A stretch of 64,000 bases of DNA from Treponemataceae bacterium (lineage in GTDB: Bacteria; Spirochaetota; Spirochaetia; Treponematales; Rectinemataceae), in assembly GCA_963667725.2 (NCBI GenBank), contig CAXXHO010000003.1:2080001-2144000 (forward strand). The letters run 5' to 3'. The number at the start of each line of letters is the position of its first letter. The stretch's first letter is position 1. Under the pieces are notes generated by a model. It did no database searches. It was not told the origin of the DNA and saw nothing but the letters and a program-made list of their open reading frames with translations. This document shows positions 18,822 through 29,254 of this stretch, piece by piece. Position numbers and translations under genes: made by a program.

Positions 18822-20499
18822 TCATCCCATGTTTCGATCGCATAACGGTACCCTTGTTCGATGAGGAACCGTCTGCGGTTGTCGGCGAACTCTTCTTCCA
18901 CGCTGTAGCGTGAAACCAGAGAATAGAAAAAGCTGTTCTGCTGTTTGGGCCTCAGTATTCGGCCCAGCCGCTGCGCTTCCTCCTGCCTGCTGCCGAACGA
19001 GCCGGAAACCTGGATGGCCACCGAGGCGTCGGGCAGATCGATGGCGAAGTTGGCTACCTTCGAGACGACCAGAAGCCTGATCTCCCCGGTTCTGAAAGCC
19101 GCATACAAGGTCTCCCGCTCGGCCTCCGGCGTCGCGCCCGTGATGAGGGGAGCCTTGAGCAGCGCGGCGTAGCGCTTGAGCTGCTCGATATACTGTCCTA
19201 TGACTAGAATGCCTTCGCCCGCGTGATGCTCGGCCAGCGCGACCACGACATCTTCCTTCATGGGATTCTCCGCGGCGATGCGGATCTTCGCGCGCTGGGT
19301 GGCCACGGCGTAGGCAAGCCTCGTATCGTCGTTCATCTGGATGCGAACTTCCCTGCACCATGCTTCCGCTATGAAGCCCTTCTTCTCGAGCTCTTTCCAG
19401 GGCACGTCATAGCGCTTGGGTCCTATGAGGCAGAAGACATCCTCTTCCTTGCCGTCTTCCCTCACGAGGGTAGCCGTCAGGCCGAGGCGCCGCACGGCCT
19501 GCAGTTCGGCCACCACCCTGAAGACCGGCGCCGGGAGCAGGTGGACTTCGTCGCAGACGATGAGGCCCCAGGGTTCGCGCCGCAAAATGCCGAAATGCGG
19601 AAAGTCTGCGTTCTTGTCGGGGCGCCAGGTGAGAATCTGGTAGGTCGCTATGGTGATGGGTTTGATCGTCTTGCTGGCGCCCGTGTATTCCCCGATCATA
19701 TCGGGGTCTATATCAGTCTTGGCGAGGAGTTCGTCCCTCCATTGGTGGACGGCGGCTATGTTCGTCGTGATGACGAGGGTGGTCCGCCCCACGGCCGCCA
19801 TGGCCGCCATGCCGACGATAGTCTTTCCCGACCCGCAGGGCAGGACGATGACGCCGTACCCGCTGCCGGGGCGATTGCCCCCGATAAAGGAAGTGACCGC
19901 TTCGATCTGGTAAGGACGCATGCTCCAGCCGGTCTCGGCATCCCCGAATTTAAGGGCCAAAGGCAGGGGACTGCCGTCCCTCAGCGAGGCTTCGTCCTGG
20001 ACTGGCCAGCCACGTTTCAGGAGCTCGATCTTCACCGTTCCTCGGTCGACGAGACGAAGCGAAATCCCTCCTTGCAGGGCGAAAGCCATTTGCCCAGGCC
20101 TCGGTCAGAGCGTATCTGGCGCTCCAGTGTCGAATCGCGGCAGACGAGGATGAGGCGCGGCACGGCCTCCGGGGACTCGTCCTTGGCGTCGATCAGGACG
20201 AGGGCGCCGAAACGGGCCATGGTGTCCTTCACGATGAAGGGAATGTCCCGCGGCAGATCGTAGCGCGTGAAGCCGGAAAGCGAGGCCACCACGTCATCGG
20301 GGGTCAGTCCCGCCGCCGCGGCGTTCCACAGGGAAAGCGGCGTTATGCGATAGGTATGGAGATGCTCGGGGCTCTTCTCGAGCAGGGCGAAGGTGCCCAG
20401 GGCTTCCCTCGCCTCTTCGAAACGGGGAGCGTGGACATCGAGAAGGACCGAGAGATCGCTCTGCACGATCATCGGTCCTGAATTCGGCGTTGCGTTCAT
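18818..20499 (-). pseudogene. xpb: DNA repair helicase XPB, split by a 1-nt frameshift near 20062-20064 (true lesion or assembly error)
   Basis: N-part GPMIVQSD..LEKSPEHLHTYRITPLSLWNA (20032-20499); C-part in another frame with LPCGSGKT, DEVH, LGLTAT, QRLGRILRPK (18818-20089). Confidence 0.85.
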
Positions 20500-20533
20500 T
20501 CGGGGCGTTTTCCTATGGAAAAATATTCTTTCA

Positions 20534-21898
20534 TCATGGCAGGAGGAGGATCTGCGTATCGCAGACATTGGTGCCGGTCGGTCCGGTCATGAGGAGACCA
20601 TCGATACCCGAGAAAAAATGATAGGAATCATTGTCGGCGAGAAAGCGCTTCGGATCGAGCCCCGCCGCCCTCGCTTTCTTCAGGAGGGAATTCGAAGCGA
20701 AGGCGCCCGCCGCGTCGGTTGGCCCGTCGTTTCCGTCGGTTCCCGCCGAGAGGAAAACCAGATCCTCATGTCCCGGACGGGAAGAATCCAAAGCCGCCAT
20801 GACAGCCAACGCCATTTCCTGGCTGCGGCCGCCCAGACCTTCGCCCCTCAGGGTAACGGTCGTCTCACCGCCGGCGAGGATGCAGGCGGGACGCCGCAGG
20901 GGAAGTCCGTACTGAGCCATGTCTTCCGCCAACGCGACGAAAAGCTTGGCCACTTCGCGCGCCTCGCCTTCTATGCGGGAGGAAAGGAGAAGCGTGCCGT
21001 AGCCTCGTTTCCTTGCCTCTTCCTCGGCGCTTTTCAGGGCGAGCATATTGTTGCCGACGAGAACGGTTCTCGTCCTGTCGAAAACGGGGGATCCGGGCTT
21101 GGGCGTATCGGCCCTGCCTCCCGCCAGTCCCTCCTCGAAAACGTCGCGCACCGTGACGGGAAGCTTCTCCCAGACGCCGCGCTCGGCCAGGACGCGCCGC
21201 GCCTGCGCCCAGGTGGAAGAATCGGGCACTGTCGGTCCCGAGGCGATGGCGTCCAGATGGTCGCCGATCACGTCCGAGAGAATGAGGGAGAGAACCGAAG
21301 CCGGCGCGAAGGCTTCAGCCAGCCTTCCTCCCTTTATCGCCGAAAGATGCTTCCGCACCGCGTTCATCTCCTGGATGGTGGCGCCGCTCCCTAGAAGAAG
21401 CCTCGTGGCGTCAGCCTTGTCCTCCAGGCTTAGCCCCTCGGCCGGCGCCGCGAGCAGGGCCGAGCCGCCGCCGGAAATCAGCACGATGACGAGTGTGGGT
21501 TCGCCCAAAGCCTCATAGCGGCGCGCTTTCGCCGCCAGGTTCAGGATCTCCCTGCCAGCATCCTCCGATCTCGCGTCGGGGACGGGATGTCCCGCCTCGG
21601 CGAGGCGAAGCCTGGAACATTCGACGCCCGCGAGCGCCTTGGTCACGACGAAACCATCCTCGATCCGGTCGCCCAGAATGCCTTCAAGCCCCTTGGCCAG
21701 CAGGGCGGAAGCCTTGCCCATGCCCGCGACGATTATATGCCAATAGTCGGCGAGAGCATATTCGAAAGAACCTTCCGCGTGACGCAGGGTAAGGGTGTCT
21801 CCTTTCAGCGAGAGGGCGTGATCGAGGAGGCGTCGGGGATCGACGCGCTCGACGGCTTTCAGGAATATTCCCCTGGTGTCATCGTAGGGATTCATCAC
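20534..21898 (-). CDS. Glycerate 2-kinase (MOFRL/TtuD family)
   Basis: GMGKAS, EAGHPVPD, LISGGGSAL, VRKHLSAIKGGRL, GGETTV, GTDGNDG, TGPTGTNVCD. Confidence 0.93.
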   Translation of the reverse strand: MMNPYDDTRGIFLKAVERVDPRRLLDHALSLKGDTLTLRHAEGSFEYALADYWHIIVAGMGKASALLAKGLEGILGDRIEDGFVVTKALAGVECSRLRLAEAGHPVPDARSEDAGREILNLAAKARRYEALGEPTLVIVLISGGGSALLAAPAEGLSLEDKADATRLLLGSGATIQEMNAVRKHLSAIKGGRLAEAFAPASVLSLILSDVIGDHLDAIASGPTVPDSSTWAQARRVLAERGVWEKLPVTVRDVFEEGLAGGRADTPKPGSPVFDRTRTVLVGNNMLALKSAEEEARKRGYGTLLLSSRIEGEAREVAKLFVALAEDMAQYGLPLRRPACILAGGETTVTLRGEGLGGRSQEMALAVMAALDSSRPGHEDLVFLSAGTDGNDGPTDAAGAFASNSLLKKARAAGLDPKRFLADNDSYHFFSGIDGLLMTGPTGTNVCDTQILLLP

Positions 21899-22578
21899 TT
21901 CTTTCCTTTCATTCCTTTTGCGATAAGGCGTTTCGCCAGATCCAGATTGCGCGCGAGCTGGATGCTCCTCGAAATATTGAAGGCCCTTTCGAACAGCTCG
22001 GCCGCTTCAGCCGGTTTTTTCATGGTATTGAGATAAATCGACCCCGCGTTGTTCAGAGCCGGCCAATTGGTTTCATCCAGCTCGAAGGAACGGAGGAACT
22101 CTTCTATGGCCTTTTCGTGGTCGCCCTGGTCGCGCAGGACCTGTGCCTCCCCGAATACTTTCATGGATACTCGGGTTCTGGCGAAGGACTTTTCATCGGC
22201 GCAGGCGAGACGCCTTTTCTCGATGAGAGGACGCAGGGCTTCGGCCTTTCCGCCGGGGGCGCATTCGGGCTCGTTCAGGGCGAGAGAGTAGCGCTTTTCG
22301 GCTTCCTTTCTCTTGCCCATGGCATAGGCGAGATCGGCGAGGGCGGAATGGCGATGGAAGGTGCGGCCGTAAAGCTTCTCTTCCTTGAGCAGATAGCGTT
22401 CGGCGCCCTCGGCGTCCCCCTTGGCCATGAGAATGATCCCTAGGTTTCTGAGTACGCTGATCGAATTCGGTTCCTTGGTTTCCAGCTTGCGGAACCACTT
22501 CTCGGCTTTGTCGTAATTGCCGGAAATATAGGCATTAAGGCCAAAACGTTCGTATAGGTTGGGGAAAAATCCTTGCAT
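21895..22578 (-). CDS. Tetratricopeptide repeat protein
   Basis: GNYDKAEKWF, LRNLGIIL, GDHEKAIEEF, ALNNAGSIY helical repeats. Confidence 0.8.
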   Translation of the reverse strand: MQGFFPNLYERFGLNAYISGNYDKAEKWFRKLETKEPNSISVLRNLGIILMAKGDAEGAERYLLKEEKLYGRTFHRHSALADLAYAMGKRKEAEKRYSLALNEPECAPGGKAEALRPLIEKRRLACADEKSFARTRVSMKVFGEAQVLRDQGDHEKAIEEFLRSFELDETNWPALNNAGSIYLNTMKKPAEAAELFERAFNISRSIQLARNLDLAKRLIAKGMKGKK

Positions 22579-22626
22579 CCCTATAATGTCCCACAAAAGC
22601 CCGGTCAATGTACAGAGCCGAGACCT

Positions 22627-23727
22627 TCAGCCTCCCTCTCCTTTCGTAATCGTGAGGGCTATGGGAAGATGGTCCGAAAAGCCCGAAAAGCCGTTCCAAG
22701 CGGCCGGATGGCCATTTTCGTCGAAAAGCGAAGGATCCTCGTTCACCATGAAGCGGAGAAATTCCGGTCCCTTGCCGTCGAGGAGGGCGGGACCGAGAAG
22801 AAAACCGTCGAGACGCTCCTCCTCGCCGCCGAATATGTAGCTGAACCCCTCATTCCCGTACCAGGGTGAATAGAGAACCGTCCCCTCTCCGCCCAGGGAA
22901 AGGTCAGACGGTCGTCCCGAAACGCGAATCACCCCATCGAGCCAATCTTCAGGAACGCCGCCGCTTCCAGGTTCCGGGGAGTACGATGATCCGCGGGGAT
23001 CGGGCATGAAGGCGGTGGGATACCTTCCCCCCGCCCTTTCGAACTCATCGGGCGATTCGTTGAAATCGCCGCAGACGACGACGCAGCGCCCGGGATCGGC
23101 GGCGATTATCTCGGCGATCCGCCTCGCGACCAAGGCGGAGGACGCGCGGCGCGCCACTTCTGTCACGGCCGGCCCTTCCCTGCGCGATTTCCAGTGGCAG
23201 ACGAACAGCGTCAGGCGGCTTCCCTTTGCGTTGAGATCGAAGGTAGCCTCGAGAACGTCCCTGCTCGGCCCGAAGCCCCACGTGTCGGCGAGGGCATGCG
23301 CCCTCAGCGAAGCGAAAGGATAGCGGGACAGGATGCCGCACTTGATGGCCGATCCGGCCGGCCCGCCGAGGGCGATCCAGCGATAGCCTCCCGCCTTGAG
23401 CGCCCCGCGCGCGAGGTCGGTTAGCACTTTTTCGCTTTCCAGTTCCTGAAGGCAGATAATGTCGGGCGTCCGGTCGCCTTCCGGGAAAAAAGAGCGGAGC
23501 GCCGCTGCGGTATTTTCCAGCCTCTTGCCGTAAAGGTCGGCGTTCCATTTCCCCGAACTCAAGGAGAATTCCGGGTACTCGTTTCCGTCATCCACGGCAT
23601 CGAAAAGGTTGTGCGCATTATAGGATACGATGGTGAGCTCGGGAGATTCGCGGTTCTCCCAGGGCATGGAACAGGTGGATCCCGATAAAAAGGCGATGGC
23701 GGCGATGAAAAAAAGGCGAACGCGCAT
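22627..23727 (-). CDS. Endonuclease/exonuclease/phosphatase family protein, probably exported
   Basis: SYNAHNLFD, PDIICLQE, CHWKSR, CGDFNE, FSDHLPI; hydrophobic N-terminus ending in Cys. Confidence 0.9.
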   Translation of the reverse strand: MRVRLFFIAAIAFLSGSTCSMPWENRESPELTIVSYNAHNLFDAVDDGNEYPEFSLSSGKWNADLYGKRLENTAAALRSFFPEGDRTPDIICLQELESEKVLTDLARGALKAGGYRWIALGGPAGSAIKCGILSRYPFASLRAHALADTWGFGPSRDVLEATFDLNAKGSRLTLFVCHWKSRREGPAVTEVARRASSALVARRIAEIIAADPGRCVVVCGDFNESPDEFERAGGRYPTAFMPDPRGSSYSPEPGSGGVPEDWLDGVIRVSGRPSDLSLGGEGTVLYSPWYGNEGFSYIFGGEEERLDGFLLGPALLDGKGPEFLRFMVNEDPSLFDENGHPAAWNGFSGFSDHLPIALTITKGEGG

Positions 23728-23799
23728 TCCCTTTTTGCCTCCCTGAGGGACAGTCCCTCAAGAATGGAACGCGCGCGGACGGAAATCCTGATTCAGAAA

Positions 23800-24417
23800 T
23801 CAGAGAGGCAGTTCGTCCCTCGTGGAGATTGTCTTTTCGATGAGTCCGTAGGCCACCGCTTCCTTGGAGTTCATCCAGTAATCCCTGTCGGTGTCCCTCG
23901 AAACGCGCTCGAGACTCTGGCCCGTGGCCTCGGCGATTATCTCGTTGAGCCTTTCCTTCGTCTTTTCGAGTTCCCTGGCGTGGATCTCTATCTCGGTGGC
24001 CACGCCCTGGATCCCGGAAAGGGGCTGGTGAATGAGGTAGGAAGAATTCGGCAGGCCATAGCGCCTTTCCTTGGGAACAGCGAGAAGGATGAGGGCGGCG
24101 GCGCTGGCGATGAGCCCCATGCCCACGATGCGCACGGGAGCCTTGATGAATCGTATCATGTCAAAAATGGAAAAGCCCGCGTAGACATCGCCTCCGGGCG
24201 AATCGATCAGGATCGTGATAGGATCCGGGGAAATGCTCTCGAGCAGCAGAAGGTGGCGTATCACCTTTTCCGACAGGTCTTTGTCGACTTCTCCGGTGAG
24301 GAGAATCGTGCGGGTTTTAAGGAAGCGTTCCGACATCACCTCTTCCGGTTTCTGGGGAGTCTTCTTCTCGTCGTTTTCAGGCTCGTCGGCCGCGATAACT
24401 GAAGCTATAGCTCTCAT
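23800..24417 (-). CDS. clpP: ATP-dependent Clp protease proteolytic subunit
   Basis: IDSPGG, IASAAA (Ser), LIHQP (His), RDTDRDYWM (Asp). Confidence 0.96.
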   Translation of the reverse strand: MRAIASVIAADEPENDEKKTPQKPEEVMSERFLKTRTILLTGEVDKDLSEKVIRHLLLLESISPDPITILIDSPGGDVYAGFSIFDMIRFIKAPVRIVGMGLIASAAALILLAVPKERRYGLPNSSYLIHQPLSGIQGVATEIEIHARELEKTKERLNEIIAEATGQSLERVSRDTDRDYWMNSKEAVAYGLIEKTISTRDELPL

Positions 24418-24537
24418 AGGAACTCCATGTCTGTTTTTAGGCGCTTAGAACAAGATACTCTTTTTTTGCCTGACGCGACAACCAGCGAGGCGGGAACGCG
24501 GCGAGCGAGGGCGGCTGAGTGCCTCCCAAAGGCCCCC

Positions 24538-24566
24538 TTGCCTTAGGCTATTCATTATATTAGATT
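24538..24566 (+). promoter_or_regulatory. Sigma70-type promoter of tlpA-ccdA
   Basis: TTGCCT-N17-TAGATT. Confidence 0.55.
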
Positions 24567-24594
24567 TTTCATATCTTTAAGAAAGAGGTCCATT

Positions 24595-25149
24595 ATGGGA
24601 AGAAAATATTTCGCCGCCACGGCGGCCGCCCTATTGATAGCGTTGGTCGTCCTGCCTGTTTCGGGAGCATCAGCCAAGCCCTGGTACGCGCCCAGGCTTG
24701 AGAAACTCGGATTCTACGTGTTCGATCCGCCCTTTACCTTCCAGGATTTCAAGGTGACGAACCTATCCGGCGCGGAAAAAGCCAGGACCAGCGTCAAAGG
24801 CAAGGTGGTCCTCCTGAACTTCTGGGCTACCTGGTGCCCCCCCTGCAAGGAAGAAATCCCCAGCATCGAAGCGCTCTCCAAAACCATGAAGGGCAAGAGT
24901 TTCGAAGTCTTCGCCGTCAGCGTGGGCGAAGACGCGGCCACGGTAAAATCCTTCGTGGCGGAGCAGAAAATGACCTACCCCATCTATCTCGACCCCAGGA
25001 ACAGCCTTTCCGCCACCTATGCCTCGCAGGGCATACCGACCACCTACCTTCTGGACAAGGACGGTCGGTTCATCGCTGGACTAGTGGGCAGCTATGACTA
25101 CGCCAACGCCGAATTCGTAGGCTTCCTGAATGAGCTGGCCCAGAAATGA
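24595..25149 (+). CDS. TlpA/ResA-family thiol-disulfide oxidoreductase
   Basis: Signal peptide, KGKVVLLNFWATWCPPC, GIPTTYLLDKDG. Confidence 0.93.
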   Translation: MGRKYFAATAAALLIALVVLPVSGASAKPWYAPRLEKLGFYVFDPPFTFQDFKVTNLSGAEKARTSVKGKVVLLNFWATWCPPCKEEIPSIEALSKTMKGKSFEVFAVSVGEDAATVKSFVAEQKMTYPIYLDPRNSLSATYASQGIPTTYLLDKDGRFIAGLVGSYDYANAEFVGFLNELAQK

Positions 25150-26108
25150 ACGCGCCGGGGCTCTTCTCCGCCGGCTTGGCCGGGCTGCTTTCCTTCCTGT
25201 CGCCTTGCGTTCTCCCTCTGGTTCCGGCCTATCTGTCCTTCATCTCGGGGACGACCGCCGCCGAACTCTCGGGAGGACATTCGCGCGGAAAAATCTTCGT
25301 GAGGAGCCTCGCGTTTTCCCTGGGTTTCACCCTCGCCTTCACCATCCTCGGCATCATTTTCTCAGGCGGCGCCATGTTCGTGGGCCAGGGGGGAGCCTCC
25401 CGGTACGTCGACATCGCGGGAGGCATCCTCGTCATCTTCCTGGGATTCAACCTCATCTTTGATTTCATGAAGTTCCTGAATGCCGACTCGCGCCTCATCG
25501 GGAGATTCACTGGCCAAAAAGGAGGCGGAATCCTGAGCTCCACCCTCCTCGGCCTGGCCTTCGCGGCGGGCTGGTCGCCCTGCATAGGCCCGATATTGGC
25601 TTCCATCCTTCTTTATGCCGGTAGGGAAAGAAACATCCCCGGCGCCATGATCCTTCTTCTTTCCTACTCCCTCGGCTTCGCCATTCCATTCCTCCTCACC
25701 GGCCTGTTCTTCGACAGGCTCAAGCCTCTTCTTTCTTTTTTCTCGAGGCACGGCAAGGCGGTACGGGGCGTTTCGGGCATCGTTCTCATCCTCTTCGGCG
25801 CGGCCATGGCCATGGGGAGTCTGGGTTCCCTGACCTCGCTGGCGGCCAAGGCGGGCTATGGTCTTGAGAGCTTTATTAAAAACCGACCGGATTTCGCCCG
25901 CTTTCTCGCCGCGGGAATATGGGCGATCATCGCGGCGGCCATGGCGCTGCCTCTTCTGCTCAGCGGGAAGAAAAAGTTTTCATCGAGACGAAAAATCGTG
26001 GTGTCGGGTTTGGCTATAGCGGCTGCCCTGCTGGCCGCCGCGGAACTCGCGGGAATATTCTCCACCTTCGCGCTCGTCGCGCGCTGGCTGACTTTTTCGG
26101 GAATCTAG
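25146..26108 (+). CDS. ccdA: CcdA/DsbD-family disulfide interchange membrane protein
   Basis: AGLLSFLSPCVLPLVP, AGWSPCIGPIL; C-terminal extension with additional TM helices. Confidence 0.9.
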   Translation: MNAPGLFSAGLAGLLSFLSPCVLPLVPAYLSFISGTTAAELSGGHSRGKIFVRSLAFSLGFTLAFTILGIIFSGGAMFVGQGGASRYVDIAGGILVIFLGFNLIFDFMKFLNADSRLIGRFTGQKGGGILSSTLLGLAFAAGWSPCIGPILASILLYAGRERNIPGAMILLLSYSLGFAIPFLLTGLFFDRLKPLLSFFSRHGKAVRGVSGIVLILFGAAMAMGSLGSLTSLAAKAGYGLESFIKNRPDFARFLAAGIWAIIAAAMALPLLLSGKKKFSSRRKIVVSGLAIAAALLAAAELAGIFSTFALVARWLTFSGI

Positions 26109-26119
26109 CGGATAGGCGC

Positions 26120-27073
26120 CTAAACGGTCCCTACCCTGAATGATTTCTTGAAGTGGTTCCTTCTGAATCGCTCAATCCATACGACAAGCGTGGCCAGGAC
26201 CAGGCGCGGCACGACAAGCCAGAAAATGCTTATGCCGATCGCCGAATAGAGAATCGTGTCCTCCAGGAGGGAATGGGAAATCGCCGCGTGGTGGTTGAAG
26301 AGGTCGCCGTCCTGCTTTTTCATCTTGCCCGTTTCGTATTCGGCCTTGATTATGCCAGCCCCATATGAGTAGCCGACGATATTGATGACGATCCAGAGGA
26401 AGCTTGCCTCCGCCGGCAGGCCGAAGATCTTCATGAAGGGAGCGAGTATCTTGGATAGCAGATCGATGACTTTGAACTCATCGAAAAGGCTCTGGGCAAT
26501 CATTATCCCAAGGACGAAGAGTACGATTTTAGCGACAAGCGCCAGTGTCGAACGGCCCCAGCTTCCAAGCATCGCGAGGAAGGCCACTTTTTCGGCGCCG
26601 AGTCCAGAGGAGAATACCGTTCCCGCCATGGACTGGGGAAGAAGAAGATTGAGGATGAAGGCGCCGAAGATCGCCATCCCAATGCGCAGCAGCGCCATCT
26701 TGATGGCCGAGGAACCCGCCGATTTCATCACCGCCGTCTCCACGATGAGGTTGTGGGCGGTCAGGCACATGAAGGCGAGAATGGTGACATCCCGAAGCGA
26801 AAGGCTGAGCGAGCCCATGACGGCTATCGCCGAATAGTTGTTGAGAAGGGCCCCCGATATGAAAACGAAGGCGGCCTGGCCGGGGAGGCCGATGAGCCGC
26901 ATCAGGGGGGAGAGGAATCCGGCGATTATCTGCAGGAGACCGCTCCATCCCAAAAGCGCGACGACCAGGCTCGTGGGCACCATTATCTTCAGGAGGAAGG
27001 TTATTGTGGAAACGGATTTCCTGACGCCCGCCATGAGGGCGTCTCCGATTCTTGCCGTAATTTTCTTATCCAT
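26120..27073 (-). CDS. Nucleoside-recognition (Gate) domain membrane protein
   Basis: Two Gate-like halves (PLMRLIGLPG, AHNLIVE; PFMKIFGLP, SHSLLED). Confidence 0.75.
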   Translation of the reverse strand: MDKKITARIGDALMAGVRKSVSTITFLLKIMVPTSLVVALLGWSGLLQIIAGFLSPLMRLIGLPGQAAFVFISGALLNNYSAIAVMGSLSLSLRDVTILAFMCLTAHNLIVETAVMKSAGSSAIKMALLRIGMAIFGAFILNLLLPQSMAGTVFSSGLGAEKVAFLAMLGSWGRSTLALVAKIVLFVLGIMIAQSLFDEFKVIDLLSKILAPFMKIFGLPAEASFLWIVINIVGYSYGAGIIKAEYETGKMKKQDGDLFNHHAAISHSLLEDTILYSAIGISIFWLVVPRLVLATLVVWIERFRRNHFKKSFRVGTV

Positions 27074-27176
27074 TGATACTTCCGTATTGCTGAACGCAAC
27101 CGCGATAGTAACACAATCCGGCATCCTATGGGAACCGATGGTCTCTAGGAAGCCAGAGGGGGCTTTCGCGGCGCCC

Positions 27177-29252
27177 TTAGGATCTGTGGGCGGCGAGCGA
27201 CGCGATCCTGTCGGCGAATGCCTTGTCGCCCATGAGGTCCTCGAGGCGCGGCTTCATCCTGTACAGCCAATTCGCGTCGCTCATCGTGCCGGGCACGTTT
27301 ATGCGCTCGTTCGCCGGATTCTCCTCGCGGTAGAGCGCGCTCGCGGCCAGGAGGTCCTGCAGGGGATAAACGACGCAGCGCGAGCGCGCCGCGGCGAAGG
27401 CTCCCATGACGAGGAGGGCCGATTCGGGATCCAGCGAAGCGGGAGCGGCATCGGCCAGGGCATATCCCGGCGTCGCCTGTCTGACCATCGCCCATACGGC
27501 GGCGCGGTCTGCCTCCTCTTCCCACCACTGGCGCAGATTCGTGGAATCATGAACCGACATGGTGGCCACCGATTCCTCCGGGTAATCCTCAAGCGGTATG
27601 TAGGGCGATCCCCGCCTATCCCATGCCCTGTGCCAGCGAAGGACGCGTAGACCAGGAATCCCCAGTTCGCCCAAGACGGCGGGAACGAAGGGAGGCACAG
27701 CTCCCAAATCTTCGGCGCAGGCCTGCATTTCGACGCTGTCGGCTAAAATCTTCAGGATATTCCTTCCCGCTCTCTCCCATAAAGCCATGGATTCGCCCTT
27801 CCTGCGCGAAATCAGGGCTTCCATAAGGGTTTTCTCGCGATCCGAAAGGCTGCTCCAGGCCTGGGTGCCCCTGAATTCCCAGGTGGCGAGGAACTGCCCT
27901 GGCGCGACTTCCAGAAGCGTTCTGTTCCTCCACCAGGAGAGCAATGCGTCGACGCAGGACGAAATCGCCGATTCCGCGGGTTTCTCCCCCGCGAACGCCG
28001 CGCAAGTCTCCCGCACGATGCTCGCGATATCGGCGCCGCCCCGAATCGATTGGGCAAAGAGACATAACGGCTCGTTCCCGATCTGGGCGAAGAGCCTCGC
28101 GCGCAGTTCTCCGCGGAGCGGCCAGGGCAGCCCCGACAGGGCTTCGTCTATCGCATGCTGTGGCACGTGGGGCTTCGAGAGCCATCGAATCCTCCCCGCG
28201 TCGAACCCTATAGCGTCCAGCTCCGGATAGGAAAAAGCGAATTCGGGCACGAAATGCCCGAGAAAGCCATCCAACTCATGCTTGCTTATCGCCCAAATCC
28301 TGAAGAATCCCAGCACATGATCGATTCTGTACATGGTATAGAACTGTTCAGCGCTGGCGAGCCTTTCTTTCCAGAATGAATAGCCGCCGCGCTCGATTTC
28401 ATCCCAGCGATAAAGGGGAAATCCCCAGTTCTGACCATAACGCGAATACATATCGGGTGGTGCTCCGGCCGAGCTTCCCGTATCGAACAATTCCCTATGA
28501 AACCAGACATCGGCAGAGTCGGCGTTCATGAGGATGGGAATGTCGCCCATGAGGTCCACGCCGATTTCCCTTGCCTGGGCGCAAGCCGAGGCGAACTGCT
28601 CTTCGGCCCTCATCTGGAGCCACGCCCAGAACCTCGTGCCAGCGACATTGTCCTTTTCTTCCCAAAGGCTGTCGATCAAGGCTTCGTCCACCGTCCCAAG
28701 CTCCGGCCACTCCCACCAGGCGGCCCCGTCGTGGCGCCTCTTGAGCTCTACAAAGCAGGCATAGGGCTTCGCCCAGGACCTGTCGGCCGTCCATTCCTCA
28801 ACCTCGGCAATCAGCTTTTGCCCAATCCGATCCGACGAGATTGCCTTCCACAAGGTCTCGAGAATGCTCAATTTTGCCTCAAGAATCCTGGCGTAAGGAA
28901 CTTGGACCGAAGTTCCGAAATCGACGGCTAGCCTTCTTGCCTGCCCCGCGGCCAAGACCGCGGCCTTTTTAGCCGGACCTTCATTGGCGGCCGCTTGCTC
29001 CAGCTCAGGCAGGTCCCCAATCCGCAGATATACCGGATTCAGCGCGAAAGCGCTCAACGCGCTGTATGGCGATGTCTGCCAGCCCGTATCGTTCACCGGA
29101 AGAAGCTGCACGACATCCATATTCCAGGAACGCGCAAGCTTCGCCAGATCAGCGATATCCGGGATTTCGCCGCATGGACCGCGGCCGGTCCTGAGGGAAA
29201 GAAGCGGCAGCGCGAGCCCGGTCATTCTCTTCGTCGAATTGATGAATTTCAT
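27177..29252 (-). CDS. malQ: 4-alpha-glucanotransferase (amylomaltase, GH77)
   Basis: QLLPVND, SPYSALSAFALNP, GDIPI, GAPPD, GQNWGFP, YRIDHVLGFFR, AEDLG, RINVPGT. Confidence 0.95.
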   Translation of the reverse strand: MKFINSTKRMTGLALPLLSLRTGRGPCGEIPDIADLAKLARSWNMDVVQLLPVNDTGWQTSPYSALSAFALNPVYLRIGDLPELEQAAANEGPAKKAAVLAAGQARRLAVDFGTSVQVPYARILEAKLSILETLWKAISSDRIGQKLIAEVEEWTADRSWAKPYACFVELKRRHDGAAWWEWPELGTVDEALIDSLWEEKDNVAGTRFWAWLQMRAEEQFASACAQAREIGVDLMGDIPILMNADSADVWFHRELFDTGSSAGAPPDMYSRYGQNWGFPLYRWDEIERGGYSFWKERLASAEQFYTMYRIDHVLGFFRIWAISKHELDGFLGHFVPEFAFSYPELDAIGFDAGRIRWLSKPHVPQHAIDEALSGLPWPLRGELRARLFAQIGNEPLCLFAQSIRGGADIASIVRETCAAFAGEKPAESAISSCVDALLSWWRNRTLLEVAPGQFLATWEFRGTQAWSSLSDREKTLMEALISRRKGESMALWERAGRNILKILADSVEMQACAEDLGAVPPFVPAVLGELGIPGLRVLRWHRAWDRRGSPYIPLEDYPEESVATMSVHDSTNLRQWWEEEADRAAVWAMVRQATPGYALADAAPASLDPESALLVMGAFAAARSRCVVYPLQDLLAASALYREENPANERINVPGTMSDANWLYRMKPRLEDLMGDKAFADRIASLAAHRS

Positions 29253-29254
29253 GT

